From assembly GCA_964016885.1 (NCBI GenBank), contig OZ024742.1:348750001-348814000 (forward strand): 64,000 bases of DNA, written 5' to 3'. The position numbers were made by a program, and so were the translations under genes. Below are positions 10,878-23,800 of this stretch, in pieces (within the stretch, counting starts at the first letter, position 1; every line of letters begins with the position of its first letter). The notes below the pieces were generated by a model. The model made no database searches and was not told the DNA's origin. It saw only the letters and a program-made list of their open reading frames with translations. The stretch is from Eledone cirrhosa (taxonomy: Eukaryota).

Positions 10878-11345
10878 TTACTTACCTTCCGGTCCCTTAT
10901 GAAGGTCGGGTGGTTCGACCTCCATAGTTGGTGGGGTTTCATTTTGGAACCCTTTTAAAAGTCTTGAAGTGGGTTTTACATCGGGGTTCCCACGTCCCGA
11001 GCAAAGCTGTCTCGTATCTCTTTGTAGAAATCGAGCGACATTAGCACTAGAAACAAATCTTCCAGCACGTGAAATGTGCTCGATTTAAAAATTCCCCCTC
11101 TTTTTGTATTTTTTCACTTCGTGCTTACGAGGGCCACCAGTTCCTTGTTGGCCCTCCTGACGAGCACGAAGTTTTGTATGTTTTGTTGGTGTGATTTTAT
11201 TTGTTTGCGTGCTGTGGTGGTGATGGTTTTGATGGTGTTGTTTCGGTTGTGTCGGTTTGTTGTGAGTGCGGTGTCTGTGGTTTCAGATGTTTGTATGTGT
11301 ATTTGTTCTGGCGTCTGTTTAGGTTGTTTGCGTTGGGGGGAATGC
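10878..11345 (-). pseudogene. Probable C-terminal remnant of ORF1 of the Tx1-like element
   Basis: It lies immediately upstream of ORF2: a Thr/Gln/Asn-rich stretch, then FVLVRRANKELVAL..., ending ...EPPDLHKGPEGK* at 10878 after a frame change. The call rests on position only; I recognise no domain. Confidence 0.45.
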
Positions 11346-11393
11346 TTTATTGATGAGAATATGTAAAAAAACATAAAGAAGAATATATAAAAC

Positions 11394-11529
11394 AGTGTGT
11401 GTGTGTGTCTGTATATGTGTGTGTGTGTGTGTGTGTGTATGTGTGTGTGTGCGTGCGTGTGTGTGTGTGTGCTTGTAGTGTGAGTGTGTGAGTGTGTGAG
11501 TGTGTGAGAGAGTGAGGGTGCGTGAGTGT

Positions 11530-11560
<31 letters not shown>

Positions 11561-11675
11561 CGCGTGTGTGTGTGTGCTTGTAGTGTGAGTGTGTGAGTGT
11601 GTGTCAGTGTGCGTGAGTGTGTGTGTGCGTGTGTGTGTGTGATTGTAGTGTGAGTGTGTGAGTGTGTGAGTGTGC

Positions 11676-11750
<75 letters not shown>
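11394..11750. repeat. Complex (TG)n microsatellite with internal duplications
   Basis: (TG)n with the recurring sub-motif ttgtagtgtgagtgtgtgagtgtg at ~11473, ~11578 and ~11643. Confidence 0.95.
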
Positions 11751-11751
<1 letters not shown>

Positions 11752-11810
11752 AGGAAACAAAGAAAAGATGGCGAAGGTGGAAGAGAGAAACCTTTACATA
11801 TCTTTCTAGA

Positions 11811-14800
11811 CTCTGTCTTAATATGGCGACATTATTGACAGTGTAAAGCTCTCTATGTCTCAATATGGCGACATTATTGACAATGTAAAGCACTCTATGT
11901 CTCAATATGGCAACATTATTGACAATGTAAAGCTCTCTATGTCTCAATATGGTGACATTATTGACAATGTAAAGCTCTCTATGTCTCAATATGGCGACAT
12001 TATTGACAGTGAAAAGCTCTCTATGTCTCAATATGGCGACATTATTGACAATGTAAAGCACTCTATGTCTCAATATGGCGACATTATTGACAATGTAAAG
12101 CTCTCTATGTCTCAATATGGCGACATTATTGACACAGTGTAAAGCTCTCTATGTCTCAATATGGTGACATTATTGACAATGTAAAGCTCTCTATGTCTCA
12201 ATATGGCGACATTATTGACACGGTGTAAAGCTCTCTATGTCTCAATATGGTGACATTATTGACAATGTAAAGCTCTCTATGTCTCAATATGTCGACATTA
12301 TTGACAGTGTAAAGCTCTCTATGTCTCAATATGGCGACATTATTGACACAGTGTAAAGCTCTCTATGTCTCAATATGGAGACATTATTGACACAGTGTAA
12401 AGCTCTCTATGTCTCAATATGGCGACATTATTGACAATGTAAAGCACTCTATGTCTCAATATGGCGACATTATTGACAATGTAAAGCTCTCTATGTCTCA
12501 ATATGGCGACATTATTGACAATGTAAAGCTTTCTATGTCTCAATATGGCGACATTATTGACACAGTGTAAAGCTCTCTATGTCTCAATATGGCGACATTA
12601 TTGACAATGTAAAGCACTCTATGTCTCAATATGGCGACATTATTGACAATGTAAAGCTCTCTATGTCTCAATATGGCGACATTATTGACGCAGTGTAAAG
12701 CTCTCTATGTCTCAATATGGTGACATTATTGACAATGTAAAGCTCTCTATGTCTCAATATGTCGACATTATTGACAGTGTAAAGCTCTCTATGTCTCAAT
12801 GTGGCGACATTATTGACACAGTGTAAAGCTCTCTATGTCTCAATATGGTGACATTATTGACAATGTAAAGCTCTCTATGTCTCAATATGGCGACATTATT
12901 GACACGGTGTAAAGCTCTCTATGTCTCAATATGGCGACATTATTGACAATGTGAAGCACTCTATATCTCAATATGGCGACATTATTGACAATGTAAAGGT
13001 CTCTATGTCTCAATATGGCGACATTATTGACACAGTGTAAAGCTCTCTATGTCTCAATATGGCAACATTATTGACAACGTAAAGCTCTCTATGTCTCAAT
13101 ATGTCGACATTATTGACAGTGTAAAGCTCTCTATGTCTCAATATGGCGACATTATTGACACAGTGTAAAGCTCTCTATGTCTCAATATGGAGACATTATT
13201 GACACAGTGTAAAGCTCTCTATGTCTCAATATGGCGACATTATTGACAATGTAAAGCACTCTATGTCTCAATATGGCGACATTATTGACAATGTAAAGCT
13301 CTCTATGTCTCAATATGGCGACATTATTGACAATGTAAAGCTTTCTATGTCTCAATATGGCGACATTATTGACACAGTGTAAAGCTCTCTATGTCTCAAT
13401 ATGGCGACATTATTGACAATGTAAAGCACTCTATGTCTCAATATGGCGACATTATTGACAATGTAAAGCTCTCTATGTCTCAATATGGCGACATTATTGA
13501 CGCAGTGTAAAGCTCTCTATGTCTCAATATGGTGACATTATTGACAATGTAAAGCTCTCTATGTCTCAATATGTCGACATTATTGACAGTGTAAAGCTCT
13601 CTATGTCTCAATGTGGCGACATTATTGACACAGTGTAAAGCTCTCTATGTCTCAATATGGTGACATTATTGACAATGTAAAGCTCTCTATGTCTCAATAT
13701 GGCGACATTATTGACACGGTGTAAAGCTCTCTATGTCTCAATATGGCGACATTATTGACAATGTGAAGCACTCTATATCTCAATATGGCGACATTATTGA
13801 CAATGTAAAGGTCTCTATGTCTCAATATGGCGACATTATTGACACAGTGTAAAGCTCTCTATGTCTCAATATGGCAACATTATTGACAACGTAAAGCTCT
13901 CTATGTCTCAATATGTCGACATTATTGACAGTGTAAAGCTCTCTATGTCTCAATATGGCGACATTATTGACACAGTGTAAAGCTCTCTATGTCTCAATAT
14001 GGAGACATTATTGACACAGTGTAAAGCTCTCTATGTCTCAATATGGCGACATTATTGACAATGTAAAGCACTCTATGTCTCAATATGGCGACATTATTGA
14101 CAATGTAAAGCTCTCTATGTCTCAATATGGCGACATTATTGACAATGTAAAGCTTTCTATGTCTCAATATGGCGACATTATTGACACAGTGTAAAGCTCT
14201 CTATGTCTCAATATGGCGACATTATTGACAATGTAAAGCTCTCTATGTCTCAATATGGCGACATTATTGACAATGTAAAGCTCTCTATGTCTCAATATGG
14301 CGACATTATTGACAATGTAAAGCTCTCTATGTCTCAATATGGTGACATTGTTGACAGTGTAAAGCTCTCTATGTCTCAATATGGTGACAGTATTGACAAT
14401 GTAAAGCTCTCTATGTCTCAATATGGCGACATTATTGATACAGTGTAAAGCTCTCTATGTCTCAATATGGCGACATTATTGATACAGTGTAAAGCTCACT
14501 ATGTCTCAATATGGCGACATTATTGATAATGTAAAGCTATCTATGTCTCAATATGGCGACATTATTGACAATGTAAAGCTCTCTATGTCTTAATATGGTG
14601 ACAGTTATGACAGTGTAAAGCTCTCTATGTCTCAATATGGCGACAGTATTGACAGTGTAAAGCTCTCTATGTCTCAATATGGTGACATTATTGAGAGTGT
14701 AAAGCTCTCTATGTCTCAATATAGTGACATTATTGACAGTGTAAAGCTCTCTATGTCTCAATATGGCGACATTATTGACAATGTAAAGCTCTCTATGTCT

Positions 14801-17800
14801 CAATATGGCGACATTATTGACAGTGTAAAGCCCTCTATGTCTCAATATGGCGACATTATTGACAGTGTAAAGCTCTCTATGTCTCAATATGGCGACAGTA
14901 TTGACAGTGTAAAGCTCTCTATGTCTCAATATGGTGACATTATTGACAGTGTAAAGCTCTCTATGTCTCAATATGGCGACATTATTGACGATGTAAAGCT
15001 CTCTATGTCTCAATATGGCGACATTATTGACAGTGTAAAGCGCTCTATGTCTCAATATGGCGACATTATTGACAATGTAAAGCTTTCTATGTCTCAATAT
15101 GGCGACATTATTGACACAGTGTAAAGCTCTCTATGTCTCAATATAGCGACATTATTGACGATGTAAAGCTCTCTATGTCTCAATATAGCGCCATTATTGA
15201 CAATGTAAAGCTCTCTATGTCTCAATATGGTGACATTATTGACAATGTAAAGCTCTCTATGTCTCAATATAGCGCCATTATTGACAATGTAAAGCTCTCT
15301 ATGTCTAAATATGGTGATATTATTGACAGTAAAAAGCTCTCTATGTCTTAATATGGCGAGATTATTGACAGTGTAAAGCTTTCTATGTCTCAATATGGTG
15401 ACTTTATTGACACAGTGTAAAGCTCTCTATGTCTCAATATGGCGACATTATTGACAATGTAAAGCTCTCTATGTCTCAATATGGCGACATTATTGACAGT
15501 GTAAAGCTCTCTATGTCTCAATATGGTGACATTATTGACACAGTGTAAAGCTCTCTATGTCTCAATATGGCGACATTATTGACAATGTAAAGCTCTCTAT
15601 GTCTCAATATGGCGACATTATTGACATAGTGTAAAGCTCTCTATATCACAATATGGCGACATTATCGACAATGTAAAGCTCTCTATGTCTCAATATGGCG
15701 ACATTATTGACAATGTAAATCATTCTATGTCTCAATATGGCGACAGTATTGACAGTGTAAAGCTCTCTATGTCTCAATATGGCGACATTATTGACACAGT
15801 GTAAAATCTCTCTATGTCTCAATATGGTGACATTATTGACACAGTGTAAAGCTCTCTATGTCTCAATATGGTGATAGTATTGACAATGTAAAGCGCTCTA
15901 TGTCTCAATATGGCGACATTATTGATACAGTGTAACGCTCTCTATGTCTCAATATGGCGACATTATTGACAATGAAAAGCTCTCTATGTCTCAATATGGC
16001 GACATTATTGACAATGTAAAGCTCTCTATGTCTCAATATGGCGACAGTATTGACAGTGTAAAGCTCTCTATGTCTCCATATGGCGACAGTATTGACAGTG
16101 TAAAGCTCTCTATGTCTCAATATGGTGACATTATTGACAGTGTAAAGCTCTCTATGTCTCAATATGGCGACATTATTGACACAGTGTAAAGCTCTCTATG
16201 TCTCAATATGGTGACATTATTGACAATGTAAAGCTCTCTATGTCTCAATATGGCGACATTATTGACACGGTGTAAAGCTCTCTATGTCTCAATATGGCGA
16301 CATTATTGACAATGTAAAGCACTCTATATCTCAATATGGCGACATTATTGACAATGTAAAGCTCTCTATGTCTCAATATGGCGACATTATTGACACAGTG
16401 TAAAGCTCTCTATGTCTCAATATGGCAACATTATTGACAACGTAAAGCTCTCTATGTCTCAATATGTCGACATTATTGACAGTGTAAAGCTCTCTATGTC
16501 TCAATATGGCGACATTATTGACACAGTGTAAAGCTCTCTATGTCTCAATATGGAGACATTATTGACACAGTGTAAAGCTCTCTATGTCTCAATATGGCGA
16601 CATTATTGACAATGTAAAGCACTCTATGTCTCAATATGGCGACATTATTGACAATGTAAAGCTCTCTATGTCTCAATATGGCGACATTATTGACAATGTA
16701 AAGCTTTCTATGTCTCAATATGGCGACATTATTGACACAGTGTAAAGCTCTCTATGTCTCAATATGGCGACATTATTGACAATGTAAAGCACTCTATGTC
16801 TCAATATGGCGACATTATTGACAATGTAAAGCTCTCTATGTCTCAATATGGCGACATTATTGACGCAGTGTAAAGCTCTCTATGTCTCAATATGGTGACA
16901 TTATTGACAATGTAAAGCTCTCTATGTCTCAATATGTCGACATTATTGACAGTGTAAAGCTCTCTATGTCTCAATGTGGCGACATTATTGACACAGTGTA
17001 AAGCTCTCTATGTCTCAATATGGTGACATTATTGACAATGTAAAGCTCTCTATGTCTCAATATGGCGACATTATTGACACGGTGTAAAGCTCTCTATGTC
17101 TCAATATGGCGACATTATTGACAATGTGAAGCACTCTATATCTCAATATGGCGACATTATTGACAATGTAAAGGTCTCTATGTCTCAATATGGCGACATT
17201 ATTGACACAGTGTAAAGCTCTCTATGTCTCAATATGGCAACATTATTGACAACGTAAAGCTCTCTATGTCTCAATATGTCGACATTATTGACAGTGTAAA
17301 GCTCTCTATGTCTCAATATGGCGACATTATTGACACAGTGTAAAGCTCTCTATGTCTCAATATGGAGACATTATTGACACAGTGTAAAGCTCTCTATGTC
17401 TCAATATGGCGACATTATTGACAATGTAAAGCACTCTATGTCTCAATATGGCGACATTATTGACAATGTAAAGCTCTCTATGTCTCAATATGGCGACATT
17501 ATTGACAATGTAAAGCTTTCTATGTCTCAATATGGCGACATTATTGACACAGTGTAAAGCTCTCTATGTCTCAATATGGCGACATTATTGACAATGTAAA
17601 GCTCTCTATGTCTCAATATGGCGACATTATTGACAATGTAAAGCTCTCTATGTCTCAATATGGCGACATTATTGACAATGTAAAGCTCTCTATGTCTCAA
17701 TATGGTGACATTGTTGACAGTGTAAAGCTCTCTATGTCTCAATATGGTGACAGTATTGACAATGTAAAGCTCTCTATGTCTCAATATGGCGACATTATTG

Positions 17801-20800
17801 ATACAGTGTAAAGCTCTCTATGTCTCAATATGGCGACATTATTGATACAGTGTAAAGCTCACTATGTCTCAATATGGCGACATTATTGATAATGTAAAGC
17901 TATCTATGTCTCAATATGGCGACATTATTGACAATGTAAAGCTCTCTATGTCTTAATATGGTGACAGTTATGACAGTGTAAAGCTCTCTATGTCTCAATA
18001 TGGCGACAGTATTGACAGTGTAAAGCTCTCTATGTCTCAATATGGTGACATTATTGAGAGTGTAAAGCTCTCTATGTCTCAATATAGTGACATTATTGAC
18101 AGTGTAAAGCTCTCTATGTCTCAATATGGCGACATTATTGACAATGTAAAGCTCTCTATGTCTCAATATGGCGACATTATTGACAGTGTAAAGCCCTCTA
18201 TGTCTCAATATGGCGACATTATTGACAGTGTAAAGCTCTCTATGTCTCAATATGGCGACAGTATTGACAGTGTAAAGCTCTCTATGTCTCAATATGGTGA
18301 CATTATTGACAGTGTAAAGCTCTCTATGTCTCAATATGGCGACATTATTGACGATGTAAAGCTCTCTATGTCTCAATATGGCGACATTATTGACAGTGTA
18401 AAGCGCTCTATGTCTCAATATGGCGACATTATTGACAATGTAAAGCTTTCTATGTCTCAATATGGCGACATTATTGACACAGTGTAAAGCTCTCTATGTC
18501 TCAATATAGCGACATTATTGACGATGTAAAGCTCTCTATGTCTCAATATAGCGCCATTATTGACAATGTAAAGCTCTCTATGTCTCAATATGGTGACATT
18601 ATTGACAATGTAAAGCTCTCTATGTCTCAATATAGCGCCATTATTGACAATGTAAAGCTCTCTATGTCTAAATATGGTGATATTATTGACAGTAAAAAGC
18701 TCTCTATGTCTTAATATGGCGAGATTATTGACAGTGTAAAGCTTTCTATGTCTCAATATGGTGACTTTATTGACACAGTGTAAAGCTCTCTATGTCTCAA
18801 TATGGCGACATTATTGACAATGTAAAGCTCTCTATGTCTCAATATGGCGACATTATTGACAGTGTAAAGCTCTCTATGTCTCAATATGGTGACATTATTG
18901 ACACAGTGTAAAGCTCTCTATGTCTCAATATGGCGACATTATTGACAATGTAAAGCTCTCTATGTCTCAATATGGCGACATTATTGACATAGTGTAAAGC
19001 TCTCTATATCACAATATGGCGACATTATCGACAATGTAAAGCTCTCTATGTCTCAATATGGCGACATTATTGACAATGTAAATCATTCTATGTCTCAATA
19101 TGGCGACAGTATTGACAGTGTAAAGCTCTCTATGTCTCAATATGGCGACATTATTGACACAGTGTAAAATCTCTCTATGTCTCAATATGGTGACATTATT
19201 GACACAGTGTAAAGCTCTCTATGTCTCAATATGGTGATAGTATTGACAATGTAAAGCGCTCTATGTCTCAATATGGCGACATTATTGATACAGTGTAACG
19301 CTCTCTATGTCTCAATATGGCGACATTATTGACAATGAAAAGCTCTCTATGTCTCAATATGGCGACATTATTGACAATGTAAAGCTCTCTATGTCTCAAT
19401 ATGGCGACAGTATTGACAGTGTAAAGCTCTCTATGTCTCCATATGGCGACAGTATTGACAGTGTAAAGCTCTCTATGTCTCAATATGGTGACATTATTGA
19501 CAGTGTAAAGCTCTCTATGTCTCAATATGGCGACATTATTGACAATGTAAAGCTCTCTATGGCTCAATATGGCGACATTATTGACAATGTAAAGCTCTCT
19601 ATGTCTCAATATGGTGACATTATTGACAGTGTAAAGCTCTCTATGTCTCAATATGGCGACATTATTAACAATGTAAAGCTTTCTATGTCTCAATATGGCG
19701 ACATTATTGACACAGTGTAAAGCTCTCTATGTCTCAATATAGCGACATTATTGACAATATAAAGCTCTCTATGTCTCAATATAGCGCCATTATTGACAAT
19801 GTAATGCTCTCTATGTCTCAATATGGTGACATTATTGACAATGTAAAGCTCACTATGTCTCAATATGGTGACATTATTGACAATGTAAAGCTCTCTATGT
19901 TTCAATATGGTGACATTATTGACAGTGTAAAGCTCTCTATGTCTCGATATGGCGACATTATTGACAGTGTAAAGCTCTCTATGTCTCAATATGGTGACAT
20001 TATTGACAATGTAAAGCTCTCTATGTTTCAATATGGTGACATTATTGACAGTGTAAAGCTCTCTATGTCTCGATATGGCGACATTATTGACAGTGTAAAG
20101 CTCTCTATATCTCAATATGGTGACATTATTGACACAGTGTAAAGCTCTCTATGTCTCAATATGGCGACATTATTGACAATGTAAAGCTCTCTATGTCTCA
20201 ATATGGCGACATTATTGACATAGTGTAAAGCTCTCTATATCACAATATGGCGACATTATCGACAATGTAAAGCTCTCTATGTCTCAATATGGCGACATTA
20301 TTGACACAGTGTAAAGCTCTCTATGTCTCAATATGGCGACATTATTGACAATGTGAATCATTCTATGTCTCAATATGGTGACATTATTGACATAGTGTAA
20401 AGCAGTCAATGTCTCAATATGGCAACATTATTGACAATGTAAAGCTCTCTATGTCTCGATATGGCGACATTATTGACAGAGTGTAAAGCTCTCTATGTCT
20501 CAATATGGTGATATTATTGACAGTGTAAAGCTCTCTATGATTCAATATAGCGACATTATTGACACAGTGTTAAGCTCTCTATGTCTCAATATGGCGACAT
20601 TATTGACACAGTGTAAAATCTCTCTATGTCTCAATATGGTGACATTATTGACACAGTGTAAAGCTCTCTATGTCTCAATATGGCGACATTATTGACACAG
20701 TGTAAAGCTCTCTATGTCTCAATATGGCGAAATTTTTGCTACAGTGTAGAGCTCTCTTTGTCTCAATATGGCGACATTATTGACAGTGTAAAGCTCTCTA

Positions 20801-23800
20801 TGTCTCAATATGGCGTCATTATTGATACAGTGTAGAGCTCTCTATGTCTCAATATGGTGACATTATTGACACAGTGTAAAGCTCTCTATTTCTCAATATG
20901 GTGACATTATTGACACAGTGTAAAGCTCTCTAGGTCTTAATATGGTGACATCATTGACAGGGTAAAGCTCTCTATGTCTCAATATGGTGACATTATTGAC
21001 ACATTTTAAAGCACTCTATGTCTCAATATGGCGACATTATTGACAAAGTAAAGCCCTCTATGTCTCAATATGGCGACATTATCGACAGTGTAAAGCTTTC
21101 TATGTCTCAATATGGTGACTTTATTGACACAGTGTAAAGCTCTCTATGTCTCAATATGGCGACATTATTGACAATGTAAAGCTCTCTATGTCTCAATATG
21201 GCGACATTATTGACAATGTAAAGCTCTCTATGTCTCAATATGGTGACATTGTTGACAGTGTAAAGCTCTCTATGTCTCAATATGGTGACAGTATTGACAA
21301 TGTAAAGCTCTCTATGTCTCAATATGGCGACATTATTGATACAGTGTAACGCGCTCTATGTCTCAATATGGCGACATTATTGACAATGTAAAGATCTCTA
21401 TGTCTCAATATGGCGACATTATTGACAGTGTAAAGCTCTCTATGTCTCAATATGGCGACAGTATTGACAGTGTAAAGCTCTCTATGTCTCAATATGGTGA
21501 CATTATTGACAGTGTAAAGCTCTCTATGTCTCAATATGGCGACATTATTGACAATGTAAAGCTCTCTATGGCTCAATATGGCGACATTATTGACAACGTA
21601 AAGCTCTCTATGTCTCAATATGGTGACATTATTGACAGTGTAAAGCTCTCTATGTCTCAATATGGCGACATTATTAACAATGTAAAGCTTTCTATGTCTC
21701 AATATGGCGACATTATTGACACAGTGTAAAGCTCTCTATGTCTCAATATAGCGACATTATTGACAATATAAAGCTCTCTATGTCTCAATATAGCGCCATT
21801 ATTGACAATGTAATGCTCTCTATGTCTCAATATGGTGACATTATTGACAATGTAAAGCTCTCTATGTCTCAATATAGCGCCATTATTGACAATGTAAAGC
21901 TCTCTATGTTTCAATATGGTGACATTATTGACAGTGTAAAGCTCTCTATGTCTCAATATGGCGACATTATTGACAGTGTAAAGCTCTCTATGTCTCAATA
22001 TGGTGACATTATTGACACAGTGTAAAGCTCTCTATGTCTCAATATGGCGACATTATTGACAATGTAAAGCTCTCTATGTCTCAATATGGCAACATTATTG
22101 ACATAGTGTAAAGCTCTCTATATCACAATATGGCGACATTATCGACAATGTAAAGCTCTCTATGTCTCAATATGGCGACATTATTGACACAGTGTAAAGC
22201 TCTCTATGTCTCAATATGGCGACATTATTGACAATGTAAATCATTCTATGTCTAAATATGGTGACATTATTGACATAGTGTAAAGCAGTCTATGTCTCAA
22301 TATGGCAACATTATTGACAATGTAAAGCTCTCTATGTCTCAATATGGCGACATTATTGACAGAGTGTAAAGCTCTCTATGTCTCAATATGGTGATATTAT
22401 TGACAGTGTAAAGCTCTCTATGATTCAATATAGCGACATTATTGACACAGTGTTAAGCTCTCTATGTCTCAATATGGCGACATTATTGACACAGTGTAAA
22501 ATCTCTCTATGTCTCAATATGGTGACATTATTGACACAGTGTAAAGCTCTCTATGTCTCAATATGGCGACATTATTGACACAGTGTAAAGCTCTCTATGT
22601 CTCAATATGGAGACATTATTGACACAGTGTAAAGCTCTCTATGTCTCAATATGGCGACATTATTGACAATGTAAAGCACTCTATGTCTCAATATGGCGAC
22701 ATTATTGACAATGTAAAGCTCTCTATGTCTCAATATGGCGACATTATTGACAATGTAAAGCTTTCTATGTCTCAATATGGCGACATTATTGACACAGTGT
22801 AAAGCTCTCTATGTCTCAATATGGCGACATTATTGACAATGTAAAGCACTCTATGTCTCAATATGGCGACATTATTGACAATGTAAAGCTCTCTATGTCT
22901 CAATATGGCGACATTATTGACGCAGTGTAAAGCTCTCTATGTCTCAATATGGTGACATTATTGACAATGTAAAGCTCTCTATGTCTCAATATGGCGACAT
23001 TATTGACACGGTGTAAAGCTCTCTATGTCTCAATATGGCGACATTATTGACAATGTAAAGCACTCTATATCTCAATATGGCGACATTATTGACAATGTAA
23101 AGGTCTCTATGTCTCAATATGGCGACATTATTGACACAGTGTAAAGCTCTCTATGTCTCAATATGGCAACATTATTGACAACGTAAAGCTCTCTATGTCT
23201 CAATATGTCGACATTATTGACAGTGTAAAGCTCTCTATGTCTCAATATGGCGACATTATTGACACAGTGTAAAGCTCTCTATGTCTCAATATGGAGACAT
23301 TATTGACACAGTGTAAAGCTCTCTATGTCTCAATATGGCGACATTATTGACAATGTAAAGCACTCTATGTCTCAATATGGCGACATTATTGACAATGTAA
23401 AGCTCTCTATGTCTCAATATGGCGACATTATTGACAATGTAAAGCTTTCTATGTCTCAATATGGCGACATTATTGACACAGTGTAAAGCTCTCTATGTCT
23501 CAATATGGCGACCTTATTGACAATGTAAAGCTCTCTATGTCCCAATATGGCGACATTATTGACAATGTAAAGCTCTCTATGTCTCAATATGGCGACATTA
23601 TTGACAATGTAAAGCTCTCTATGTCTCAATATGGTGACATTGTTGACAGTGTAAAGCTCTCTATGTCTCAATATGGTGACAGTATTGACAATGTAAAGCT
23701 CTCTATGTCTCAATATGGCGACATTATTGATACAGTGTAAAGCTCTCTATGTCTCAATATGGCGACATTATTGATACAGTGTAAAGCTCACTATGTCTCA

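Larger units (their letters stand above)
7985..11345 (-). mobile_element. Tx1/L1-clade non-LTR retrotransposon, 5'-truncated, frameshifted and internally deleted
   Basis: Colinear APE and RT motifs on the minus strand. A T-rich 3' UTR ends in AATAAA (7996-7991). An upstream low-complexity segment is a likely ORF1 remnant. The 5' boundary is approximate. Confidence 0.9.

Noticed and set aside
7960-11750. Sequence-specific Tx1 insertion into a (CA)n microsatellite
   Set aside because: The microsatellite lies only on the 5' side. The 3' flank is unique or SINE sequence and I found no TSD.
11114-12142. 333-aa ORF spanning the satellite, (CA)n and LINE flank
   Set aside because: It is chance read-through of three unrelated stop-poor repeats. 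Only its last part may belong to LINE ORF1.
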